64,000 nucleotides of DNA from Candidatus Iainarchaeum sp. (GTDB taxonomy: Archaea; Iainarchaeota; Iainarchaeia; Iainarchaeales; Iainarchaeaceae), in NCBI GenBank assembly GCA_002687735.1, contig NZBD01000015.1, forward strand, positions 54,499 through 118,498, given 5' to 3'. This document shows, piece after piece, positions 38,458-46,850 of the stretch. How positions within the stretch are numbered: position 1 is the stretch's first letter; the number at the start of each line of letters is the position of its first letter. The position numbers and the translations under genes were made by a program. A model generated the notes under the pieces. That model worked only from the letters and a program-made list of their open reading frames with translations. It was not told the origin of the DNA and searched no databases.

Positions 38458-39597
38458 ATGCCTTTAGAATCAATTCTTTTATTTATTGTAGGGACTATTT
38501 TACTGATTAAATCTGCTGATTTTTTGGTGGATGCTGCCGCAAAAATAGCAAAACTTTTAGGAGTAAGCGATTTAGTAATCGGTCTTACAATTGTTTCTAT
38601 TGGAACTTCACTTCCTGAAATTGCTTCGGCTATTTTTGCTGCTTTTTCCGGAGAACCAAGCCTTGCTATTGGAACTGTAATAGGTTCCAACATTTCTAAC
38701 ATTGCACTTATTCTTGGAATAACAATTTTTATTGCAGGAACAATTAAGGTTGATAAGAAAGCTCTTGAAAAAGATCTTTTCATAATGCTCATGGTTTCTG
38801 TTTTATTCTTTTATTTTTCTTTAGATGGTTTAATTTCTTCATTGGAAGGAGCAATCCTAGTTGTTTTGTTTGTTCTTTATATGATGTTCCTGTTTGGTTT
38901 TATGAAACGCTTTGAAAAAATATTCTCATATGATCGTTTCTTGAAACAATTTTTTGGAACTGAGAAGTTTTCTGTTTTTAATCTTAAAACTTATTTCAAA
39001 ATAATGCAGGCCGGAATTGATCCTTCCACTTATAGAAGACTTCTTGGTTTTGATGGAAAGCAGTTCACGGAAAAAATCGGAACCAGGATTGATAAAGGAG
39101 AAAAAGCCGAGGCAAAAAAACTTTTCGGTAAAGAATTCTTTTCATCACTTATTAATCAATTGATTATTTTAGTTATAAGTGCTTTGGGAGTTGTTTATGG
39201 TGCTCAGATACTGATTGAGGGAGCAATAGGTTTAGCTTCTTTTTTTGATATTCCGAGTTCTGTAATAGGTTTGTTTTTAGTCGCTATTGGAACTTCACTT
39301 CCTGAATTAGGTGTGACAATTTCCTCAGCCAGAAAAGGCTACTTTGATATTTTAATAGGGAATATTATCGGTTCCAACATTGCAAATATACTCTTGGTTA
39401 TTGGCACCACTTCTGTTATTTCAGCTTTGAGTTTTTCTTTTGCAGAAATTTTTATGCCTATGTTTTTTATGCTTACAATTTCCTTAGTTCTTGGGTTTTC
39501 AATCCACAGGAATTATGACATCAATAAAGCAGAAGCTCTTCTGTTTATGGTCTTATATGCTGCTTTTGCATATATTACTTATATTAGCATTATGTAG
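38458..39597 (+). CDS. Ca2+/Na+ antiporter (YrbG family)
   Basis: Two GTSLPE...GSNI alpha repeats. Confidence 0.92.
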   Translation: MPLESILLFIVGTILLIKSADFLVDAAAKIAKLLGVSDLVIGLTIVSIGTSLPEIASAIFAAFSGEPSLAIGTVIGSNISNIALILGITIFIAGTIKVDKKALEKDLFIMLMVSVLFFYFSLDGLISSLEGAILVVLFVLYMMFLFGFMKRFEKIFSYDRFLKQFFGTEKFSVFNLKTYFKIMQAGIDPSTYRRLLGFDGKQFTEKIGTRIDKGEKAEAKKLFGKEFFSSLINQLIILVISALGVVYGAQILIEGAIGLASFFDIPSSVIGLFLVAIGTSLPELGVTISSARKGYFDILIGNIIGSNIANILLVIGTTSVISALSFSFAEIFMPMFFMLTISLVLGFSIHRNYDINKAEALLFMVLYAAFAYITYISIM

Positions 39598-39598
39598 T

Positions 39599-39754
39599 TC
39601 GCACCGGCAATGCACGCCTCAGAAAAACCAAGGTTTTTCCGAGACCTTTTCCTTTTTTGAATCTTTAATTTATAACCCATTGTGAGCAATGGGTTGGACG
39701 TTAGCGTACCACACAGCCGCAACTGTGTCGCACCGGCAACACACCCCTTGAAAA
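39599..39754. repeat. Reverse-oriented CACAG-hairpin insert flanked by a 27-28-bp duplication containing the TCGCACCGGCAA motif
   Basis: 39599-39626 tcgcaccggcaatgcacgcctcagaaaa vs 39728-39754 tcgcaccggcaacacaccccttgaaaa; acacagccgcaactgtgt at 39711-39728. Confidence 0.85.
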
Positions 39755-39785
39755 TGCTTTTTAAAGCAGAATCAAAAGTTTTAGT

Positions 39786-41282
39786 ATGCTCCATAATACG
39801 CGATTATTCCTGAGCAGGGTTAACTATGTTCCTGAAAAAAGACAGATCACTGTAGAGTTCTCAAAGAAAAACCAGAAGGCTTCAAAAAAATATTCATTTT
39901 TTCCAAAAATGCATCTTTCACTGAAAAAAATTCCCAAAGAACATTTAATCGAGGCTTTAGGAGATTATGATATAAGAAAACTAAAAATGGATTTTAAGGA
40001 AAACACAGTTACTATTTTTGCAGCAACATTTTCAGACCTGAAAAAAGTTAATAATCTTCTGAATAATTTTTTTAATTTCCGTTCAAATTTAATAGAGCCA
40101 GAAAGACAGTTTTTGTTAGAAAAAAATTGGAGTTATTTTGATTCTTTCGATTTTTCAGATTCAGAGCCTGAACAAATTTACACAACTGAATTTCCTGATG
40201 CTTCAATGGATTTTCTTTCAGATTCTTTCAAAGAAACTATAGCGTCCTTATTGCTGAATAATAAATCTCTTGCCAAAGAAACAATTAACAAAATTGTTTT
40301 TTCCAAGTTGTTGAGAATTCCTTTAATAGGAAGAGAAGAAGATAAATCTCTGGAAGAAATTTTTATTGAAAACATTTTTTTCCTTAGTGGAAAACCAATT
40401 TCTATCGGAAAGTCTGGAAACAAATCTTATTTCAGATCAATTCATAAAAAATCAGTTATTGATTTTTCAAAAATGGTTTCAGTAATGGCTTCAAAGCCTT
40501 TTAATAATCTTGGTTTTGAAACCATTAATTGCAGTTGTTGTAAACCTTGGGATAAGGAAGCAAAAAACATTCTGCCTTCTTCTTTGGTTAAGGTTAATTT
40601 TCTGAGAGAAGCTTTTTACTTTGACTCTGTTTCAAGTAACTGGGCTGAAGCGTATCATTTTTCTAATGAGGAAATGCAGACGCGTGAAAAAAGAAAAAAA
40701 GAATATTTTTTGGATTTTTATCCTTCAGGCCCGTTTTCAAGAAACGCTTCTGCAAACATCATTTTGGCTGATGCATTAAAACTTGAACAGAAAGGTTTGG
40801 TTAGAATAGTTTCTCAGGAAAATCCTTCCTGGTTTTGTCTGAAAAATGAAAGTGCTTTTTCTTTGGAAGTTAATCGTTTGTATGAAGCTTTGCTTACTCT
40901 GGATTCGGTTGTTGAGAATGAGAGTAGTTCTGTTGTTGCTTCTGATGGTTTATTTTTCTCTCAATCCCTTGAATCTAGTCCTGGCTATCATTACAGAAAA
41001 ATTTTGAATAAAACAATCTCAAGACTTTTGGCTTCCTTCCCTAGATTACTTACAAATTCCTCTGGAAGGTTTTTCGATAAGAATTTTGCAATTGCTTTGG
41101 AAGCTATTAATAGTCTTATTTTGAAGGATTTTGAGGAAATTGCCCAGAATTCTAAAACAAGGGTTACTTTTAAGGATTCTAGTGCTTTGGTTGATTCTTC
41201 TTCTTTTATGTCAGCTTCTAAAGAGTTCAGAGAGCTTTATAGAGTTGATAAACGCTTGTTGAGCTTCTCTAAGAGCTTTTGA
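39786..41282 (+). CDS. Highly diverged, probably inactivated family B DNA polymerase homolog
   Basis: IEPERQFLLE resembles the PolB N-terminal motif; IDFSKMVSV...NLGFETINCSCC resembles motif A (DFxSLYPS..NISPET.NC.CC); WFCLKNE; no YGDTDS. Confidence 0.6.
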   Translation: MLHNTRLFLSRVNYVPEKRQITVEFSKKNQKASKKYSFFPKMHLSLKKIPKEHLIEALGDYDIRKLKMDFKENTVTIFAATFSDLKKVNNLLNNFFNFRSNLIEPERQFLLEKNWSYFDSFDFSDSEPEQIYTTEFPDASMDFLSDSFKETIASLLLNNKSLAKETINKIVFSKLLRIPLIGREEDKSLEEIFIENIFFLSGKPISIGKSGNKSYFRSIHKKSVIDFSKMVSVMASKPFNNLGFETINCSCCKPWDKEAKNILPSSLVKVNFLREAFYFDSVSSNWAEAYHFSNEEMQTREKRKKEYFLDFYPSGPFSRNASANIILADALKLEQKGLVRIVSQENPSWFCLKNESAFSLEVNRLYEALLTLDSVVENESSSVVASDGLFFSQSLESSPGYHYRKILNKTISRLLASFPRLLTNSSGRFFDKNFAIALEAINSLILKDFEEIAQNSKTRVTFKDSSALVDSSSFMSASKEFRELYRVDKRLLSFSKSF

Positions 41283-41345
41283 ATCAGGTTTTTAATCCTT
41301 TGCGTGGAGAAAATAGTAGTAAATCCTGATTTTAAGTGATTTTAT

Positions 41346-41552
41346 ATGAGTGATTTGACAAGATTTGAGGTAACTCGTCTTATAAGTGCTAGGGCATTAC
41401 AGCTTTCGCTAGGTGCTCCCGGAATGATCAAGGCGTCAAAAGAAGCCAGCATGATTGATATTGCTAAGGAAGAATTTGATAAGAAAGTTATTCCTATTTC
41501 AGTTTTAAGAGAATTTCCTGATGGAAGTATTGAAAAAATTGAGGCGAATTAG
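41346..41552 (+). CDS. rpoK: RNA polymerase subunit Rpo6 (K)
   Basis: LTRFEVTRLISARALQLSLGAP. Confidence 0.95.
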   Translation: MSDLTRFEVTRLISARALQLSLGAPGMIKASKEASMIDIAKEEFDKKVIPISVLREFPDGSIEKIEAN

Positions 41553-41553
41553 A

Positions 41554-41745
41554 TTGGGTAAAGCAGTTCCTCAGAACATTAAAAGTAAGGCAAATATACT
41601 TTTACAAACTTATCCTAACGATATGCCAAGTGATTTTGATTCTATTAAAAAATTTGTTGATTCTTTTGAAATGCCAATGAGTAAATCACAGAGAAATCTT
41701 GTTGCTGGTTTTTTAACCAGAAAAAAGTCTCAATCAAAAACCTAG
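41554..41745 (+). CDS. rps17e: 30S ribosomal protein S17e
   Basis: GK.....IK..A..L...YP....DF..KK...SKSQRNLVAGFLTR; TTG start at 41554. Confidence 0.85.
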   Translation: MGKAVPQNIKSKANILLQTYPNDMPSDFDSIKKFVDSFEMPMSKSQRNLVAGFLTRKKSQSKT

Positions 41746-43785
41746 TGCTTTTGTAGGTGCATCTTTTTCTTTTTCTCTTTCTAAAGAGTATAATTTTCCT
41801 GATGCTGCATTTTCCATTTCCTTGTCATGAGTGATAATAAAAATTTGTTCAATCAGTTCCGGCAAATGATTCCTCATTGTATCGCTTAATTCTTTAACTG
41901 CATTTATATCTAAATTATGTGTTGGTTCATCCAGAATAATCCACCCAAGATTTTGAGTTAATACAAGTGAGATTGCAATTCTTAGTGTTATTGCTGCGGA
42001 ACTTCTTTCTCCTCCTGAAAGTATTCCCTCTACTCTTGCCCATTGTTCATTTCTTTGTTTAACCATAACCTCATAGCTTCCGTCTTCCACAATTATTTTT
42101 ACATTCAAAAAATCTTTGTAAGGATAAATTCTCGGCCAAATTTCTTCCATTGCCTGATTAACTGTTTCTACCATCATGTTTCTTAGTTCTCCCTGCGTGG
42201 ATTTTAATGCGGAAGTAAAGATTGCCAGTTTTTCCGTTGTTCTTTCGTTTTCTTTAATCTGAATTCCAAGTGCCTTAATCTGATGTTCTGTTTCCTTTAT
42301 TCTTTTCACACTTTCAGTAAGTTCTTTCAATAATTCTTTTCCGCTTGAAATCTCCGTTCTTAATTCAGCATTCTTTTCTTTTAACCCTAAAAACTCTTTT
42401 TCGTGCTTCTCGTGTTCTTTTTCATCAAATCCTGTCTTTTTCATCATTTCCCTTACTTTTTCCATTTCTTTCTCAAGGTCGTTTTTTTGTTTTTCCTTTT
42501 CACTTAATTCTGAAGCTATCTCTTTTAACCTTTCAAGTTCATTAATTTCCTTTTCAATAACCTCGTTTTTTTCTCCTATTTTTCCAACTTCTTCATCTCG
42601 TTTCTCTAAATCTTTTGTTTCTTTTTCTAAATGTAAACTGAGTTCTTTTGTTTTCTCGTGAATTTTTTCTTCTTCCTCTTTAAGCTCTTCCTCAAGCTTT
42701 TTCTTATCATGTTCACTTAAGGGCCTTTTGCAAATTGGACAATCAGAATCAAGTTTTTGTGCATCAGAAACACTTTTTGAATTGGAATTAAGCAAGTTAT
42801 TTTGAACAGCTATTTCTTCTTTAATTTTAGAAACCTTTCCTTCAATTATCCCGATTTCCTTTTCTATTTTTTCAGTTTCTTTCTCACCCCTATCCAGAAT
42901 TTTCTTATTTTCCTTTATTTTCCCTTCAAGTTCTTCAGGTTTTGTTCCTTTCAATTTTTCTCTGTTCGTTTTCAGCTGCTCCGTTAGAGCTTCTGTTTTT
43001 GCTTTGCTTTGAATCTCAAGTTCTTTCAGGAATTTGTTTTCCTTTTCTTTTTCCTCCAGTTGCTTAAGTATTTTTTCTTTTTCATTGATGTGTTTTTCCA
43101 GTTCAGAATTTTCCTTTTCCTTATCATTCAAGGTTTTTTCCTTTTCACTAATCCGTTTTTCATAATTTTCAAGTTCATTCGGATCGCTTTTGTTTTTTTG
43201 TTCATGTAAAAACTTTTTCCTATCATCAATCGTGCGTTTGAGTCTGTTTGTAAGTGTAACAGAATTAGTTCTTACTTTTTCATATTTATCTAATCCTAAT
43301 AATTCATCAAATTTTTCTTTTCTTTGTGCAGGACTCAATTTCAAAAAAAAGTCAATCTGATTCTGTTCCGAATAAATTGCTCTGCTGAATAGTTCGTAAG
43401 AAACTTCTAGTATTTCCTCGATTTTTTTTGTTGTTTCAGTTGTTTTTGGCCCTGCTATTATTTTTCCGGCTTCTCTTAAAGTTCCTTCATTAATTCCCTT
43501 TCTTTTTACAATTCTCTCAACTGAATATTCTTTATCATTATAATCAAACCCAAGTGTTATTTTTGCTGTTTCCTGTTTGTTTGGTTTTGCCATTATGGTT
43601 TCTTCAAGATTAACCTTGCGCGTAGCTAATGTAGGAAACGTGCCATAAAGCGCAAAAGAAATAGCATCCATTATAGAGCTCTTTCCGGAACCCATTTTTC
43701 CCACAATTACATTAGTGCCTTTGGAAAAATCAAGTTCTGTATTATAATGGGTTTTCCAATTTTCCAGTTTAATGGTTTTTATCAT
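41734..43785 (-). CDS. rad50: Rad50/SMC-like ATPase (short coiled coil)
   Basis: GKMGSGKSS, Q-loop, CPIC zinc hook, LSGGE, LDEPT. Confidence 0.9.
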   Translation of the reverse strand: MIKTIKLENWKTHYNTELDFSKGTNVIVGKMGSGKSSIMDAISFALYGTFPTLATRKVNLEETIMAKPNKQETAKITLGFDYNDKEYSVERIVKRKGINEGTLREAGKIIAGPKTTETTKKIEEILEVSYELFSRAIYSEQNQIDFFLKLSPAQRKEKFDELLGLDKYEKVRTNSVTLTNRLKRTIDDRKKFLHEQKNKSDPNELENYEKRISEKEKTLNDKEKENSELEKHINEKEKILKQLEEKEKENKFLKELEIQSKAKTEALTEQLKTNREKLKGTKPEELEGKIKENKKILDRGEKETEKIEKEIGIIEGKVSKIKEEIAVQNNLLNSNSKSVSDAQKLDSDCPICKRPLSEHDKKKLEEELKEEEEKIHEKTKELSLHLEKETKDLEKRDEEVGKIGEKNEVIEKEINELERLKEIASELSEKEKQKNDLEKEMEKVREMMKKTGFDEKEHEKHEKEFLGLKEKNAELRTEISSGKELLKELTESVKRIKETEHQIKALGIQIKENERTTEKLAIFTSALKSTQGELRNMMVETVNQAMEEIWPRIYPYKDFLNVKIIVEDGSYEVMVKQRNEQWARVEGILSGGERSSAAITLRIAISLVLTQNLGWIILDEPTHNLDINAVKELSDTMRNHLPELIEQIFIITHDKEMENAASGKLYSLEREKEKDAPTKALGF

Positions 43786-43821
43786 TAAAATAATTAGAGT
43801 CTAAAAACAGTTTTAAGACTA

Positions 43822-44085
43822 TTATAAAAGAGTCATTCCGATTTGTTCTACTTCTTCAATGGTAGCCATTTCTTCTAGTTCTTTAGTGGCTTTTTCCATT
43901 GCATTTTCTTCTTTCTCGTTCACAATTACGCCTACTTTAAGAATAACAATTCCAAACCCAATTGGATCATCTTTTATGTCTTTAACTTCTCCAGATTTAA
44001 GGGTCTGAATTTCTTTTTTTGTTTCCTCTAATTTTTCCATGTCCTTAGGAGTAACTTTGTATATGATAAAACTCTTGTCAGGCAT
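43822..44085 (-). CDS. ef1b: Elongation factor 1-beta
   Basis: KVTP...DPIGFGIV.L; typical position after DUF1610. Confidence 0.9.
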   Translation of the reverse strand: MPDKSFIIYKVTPKDMEKLEETKKEIQTLKSGEVKDIKDDPIGFGIVILKVGVIVNEKEENAMEKATKELEEMATIEEVEQIGMTLL

Positions 44086-44094
44086 TAGTATCAC

Positions 44095-44247
44095 TTATGG
44101 TCCGGTGAATTCGCATTCAGGACATTTATAATCAAGGCTTCTTGTACGGGCTTCCATGCTTCTGGTTAGTCTTTCCCCGCAATTTGGACACTTGAATTCA
44201 ACAAAATCGTCAGTAACGAGCTTGTTTGTTGTTACGCATGTTTTCAT
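44095..44247 (-). CDS. DUF1610 zinc-finger protein (50 aa, not in ORF track)
   Basis: MKTCVTTNKLVTDDFVEFKCPNCGERLTRSMEARTRSLDYKCPECEFTGP; known synteny with ef1b. Confidence 0.85.
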   Translation of the reverse strand: MKTCVTTNKLVTDDFVEFKCPNCGERLTRSMEARTRSLDYKCPECEFTGP

Positions 44248-44295
44248 ACTACTATTCTCTAATTAGTTAGCTTTAAAAAGGTTGATTTAGGGTTT

Positions 44296-44308
44296 TCGCA
44301 TCGGCAAT
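44296..44308 (+). promoter_or_regulatory. Motif variant tcgcatcggcaat
   Basis: 11/13 match, 15 nt upstream of TTTAAAG (44324-44330). Confidence 0.6.
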
Positions 44309-44369
44309 GATGTCTCGAAAGTATTTAAAGCAAATATATTTATACATTCATAGAGGTATAATTGTGAGT

Positions 44370-44579
44370 ATGACGATTAATGATTCTTTCAAAACATACG
44401 AATTCTATGCAAATGCTGATTTATCTAAATATGCGGGTCAATGGGTCGCAATAGTGGATAATAAGGTTGTGGCACATGGAAAGAATGTCAAGAAAATATT
44501 GAAAGAAGCAGAGAAAGAAGCCCCTAAAGCCATTCCGTTTATAGCAAAAGTGCCTCTTAGAGATATTCTTCTCTGGTAA
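44370..44579 (+). CDS. DUF5678 domain protein
   Basis: KYAGQWVAIVDNKVVAHGK signature. Confidence 0.8.
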   Translation: MTINDSFKTYEFYANADLSKYAGQWVAIVDNKVVAHGKNVKKILKEAEKEAPKAIPFIAKVPLRDILLW

Positions 44580-44995
44580 TGTGCATGTCTTTTAACTTTA
44601 AATATAGAAAAGAAAAATTTGAAGGAAAAACCAGATATTTTCCAAAAGTTGTTATAAGTCTTTACAATAAAGGCATCAAATTCGATTACCCTGCATTAAT
44701 TGATTCTGGAGCAACAGATATTTTTATTCCAAAACAGATTGCTGAAGCTCTTGATCTTGATTTTAAGGAAGAAGATATTGCCAGCAGTTGGAATGGTGAT
44801 TTTAAGGTTTGGAGTTCTAATATAGGAGTTATTTTGGGAAAAGGAAGTCAGACTTTTAGAAGAGTTTTACCGTGCCTTATTCCAGATAGTGAAAATCCCA
44901 ATCAGGAAGTAATTTTAGGAAGAGTATTATTCAAATTCTTTGAGGTTACATTCAACGAACAAAAAAGAATCACAAAGCTTAAAAAAATACAGTAA
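44579..44995 (+). CDS. Retropepsin-like (clan AA) aspartic protease
   Basis: ALIDSGAT and VILGR motifs. Confidence 0.85.
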   Translation: MCMSFNFKYRKEKFEGKTRYFPKVVISLYNKGIKFDYPALIDSGATDIFIPKQIAEALDLDFKEEDIASSWNGDFKVWSSNIGVILGKGSQTFRRVLPCLIPDSENPNQEVILGRVLFKFFEVTFNEQKRITKLKKIQ

Positions 44996-45078
44996 ATCAA
45001 TTTTTTCAAAAATATTACTTTTAAGCAGAGGAAACAAATATTAAATAACGAACTAGACCTTAATATGTTCTATTCAAA

Positions 45079-45151
45079 GGGCCTGTAGCGTAATGGATAA
45101 CGCAGTTGCCTTCGGAGCAAAAGATTGGGGGTTCGAGTCCCTCCAGGCCCT
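45079..45151 (+). tRNA. tRNA-Arg(TCG)
   Basis: gggcctg...caggccc cloverleaf, anticodon loop ctTCGga, GGTTCGAGTCC. Confidence 0.94.
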
Positions 45152-45413
45152 TAACCTTTTTCTTTTAGTTTTTTCCTTTCCTTCATTGTTTCTTCAAAAT
45201 TCACTGGTGGTTGTGGTGGACGATCCGGCCAATCTTTTCTAGCAGGTTCAACAAAATTTCTCTGTAAAAAATCGGATGTCTTTTTCAAAATTTTATCTCC
45301 TTTTTTTGTTCTTGTTCAGTCTAATCTTCTTTGATCAATTAATTCCCTTAGATTGTGAACTTTATTTCTAATTCCAAAGCCTCTTTCAAGAAACTTAAAT
45401 CTTGGAAATCTCA

Positions 45414-46802
45414 TCAGTATTCCTCGAATTCTTCTTTTCCTTTCAGATAGGTTGAGAACCATGCTTTGAATTCCTTGTTTTTCCTATATTTTTCAAGCAC
45501 TTCTTTATCACTCAAAACTTTTGCTTTTTTATTAAGTGCTTTTCTGATCCCTGCTTTTTCACTCTTCTTAAGTTTCTTCAAAATTTCTTTCAAATACTCC
45601 GTTGCTTGATCATGTTCTCTTTCTATTTCCACAACCCATCTTCCTTTCTCAATTCTCGGGCCACTAAGTGCTTTCTTATGCGTTTTCAGGAACTGTTCTG
45701 AATGCTCTTCACTAGTAACCCAAGGCCCTGTTCTTTTCTGGGCTTTTTCCAATTTATTCGCTTCCAGATCAAAAACAAGAATAATTTCCTTTTCCTCATC
45801 ACTCCAAGCAGCGTTCCTTAAAAGCTCAAAATCTTTTTCCCCCAAAGCAGAAACAATTTTTTTCCCTAATCTTCTTATCTGCCCCCATAAAATATCTGAA
45901 AGTTCCTTTGCAGGATAACCTATCTGAACAATAATAAGCCCTTCTTTCTCAACAAGTTTTTTTGCTTTTCCCGAATCGAGAGTTTTTGTTTTTGCTCCGA
46001 AGAAAAATTTTGAAGAAGGTTTTTTCAAAAAAGCCCTTGTTGCAGCAACTATTCTTGCGTATTGATTAACACTTAATGCCGCTGCAACGTTCCTTTTAGA
46101 ATCAACAGGATCAACTATAATCAAAGAAGAATCAAATTTCTTCAAAGCTTCTTTTTTGTTAAGTTGTTTTTCAATATCTATTATTTCATGTTCCTGCCAT
46201 TTGGTCATTGCTTGTATTGTTTTCTTAAAAGAACCATAATTAACAATCAATAATTCAGTTACATATCCCGGAACCGAACTCACTTTCAAATCAGCACCAT
46301 AAGCTTTTATTCCTTTCAAAAACTGTTTAAGCAACCTAACCTCATTGCATAATTCAGGAGTTAATTTTTTTTGCAAATATTTATTATGAAAGCTTGTTCT
46401 ATCAACTGCACTCCGTAATTTTTGTGTGTCTTCTATTGAATATGCAGGAACTATTTCCACATCAAATCCTTTAATCACACCGCGGATATAAGGGTGTTCG
46501 GAATAAGCTTTTTCCCATTTGTGACCACGGAACACATTTTTACCAATTCTAAGCCCTTCTTTTTCAAATTCTTCTCTTGAAATTTTTTCAGGAAAAAACA
46601 CAAAAATATCAAGATCGTTATCTCCGCGTAAATGCGTGTTTCTTGCATTACTTCCCACTAATTCTACGCCAATATGTTTTCCTTTGATTTTTGTTATTTT
46701 TTTTATTATTTCAGTTGCCAGTGCCTCTTGTTTAATCCTCTCAGTTTTTGAGGGAGTAATTCTTTTGATTACAGTGTTTAATATCTTGTTCATCCTAACC
46801 AC
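45414..46802 (-). CDS. cca: CCA-adding enzyme (archaeal class I)
   Basis: VGSNARNT.L.GD.DLDIF, YSEHPY, SAVDRT.FH. Confidence 0.95.
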   Translation of the reverse strand: MVRMNKILNTVIKRITPSKTERIKQEALATEIIKKITKIKGKHIGVELVGSNARNTHLRGDNDLDIFVFFPEKISREEFEKEGLRIGKNVFRGHKWEKAYSEHPYIRGVIKGFDVEIVPAYSIEDTQKLRSAVDRTSFHNKYLQKKLTPELCNEVRLLKQFLKGIKAYGADLKVSSVPGYVTELLIVNYGSFKKTIQAMTKWQEHEIIDIEKQLNKKEALKKFDSSLIIVDPVDSKRNVAAALSVNQYARIVAATRAFLKKPSSKFFFGAKTKTLDSGKAKKLVEKEGLIIVQIGYPAKELSDILWGQIRRLGKKIVSALGEKDFELLRNAAWSDEEKEIILVFDLEANKLEKAQKRTGPWVTSEEHSEQFLKTHKKALSGPRIEKGRWVVEIEREHDQATEYLKEILKKLKKSEKAGIRKALNKKAKVLSDKEVLEKYRKNKEFKAWFSTYLKGKEEFEEY

Positions 46803-46850
46803 GGTTACGTTTTATATAGTATAAATCTGTACTATAAATAGCTATTCTAA

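Noticed and set aside
45316-45318. Selenocysteine or a reassigned TGA
   Set aside because: TGA is an ordinary stop in many conserved genes here (trxB, ftsY, herA, cca), and there is no redox-motif context
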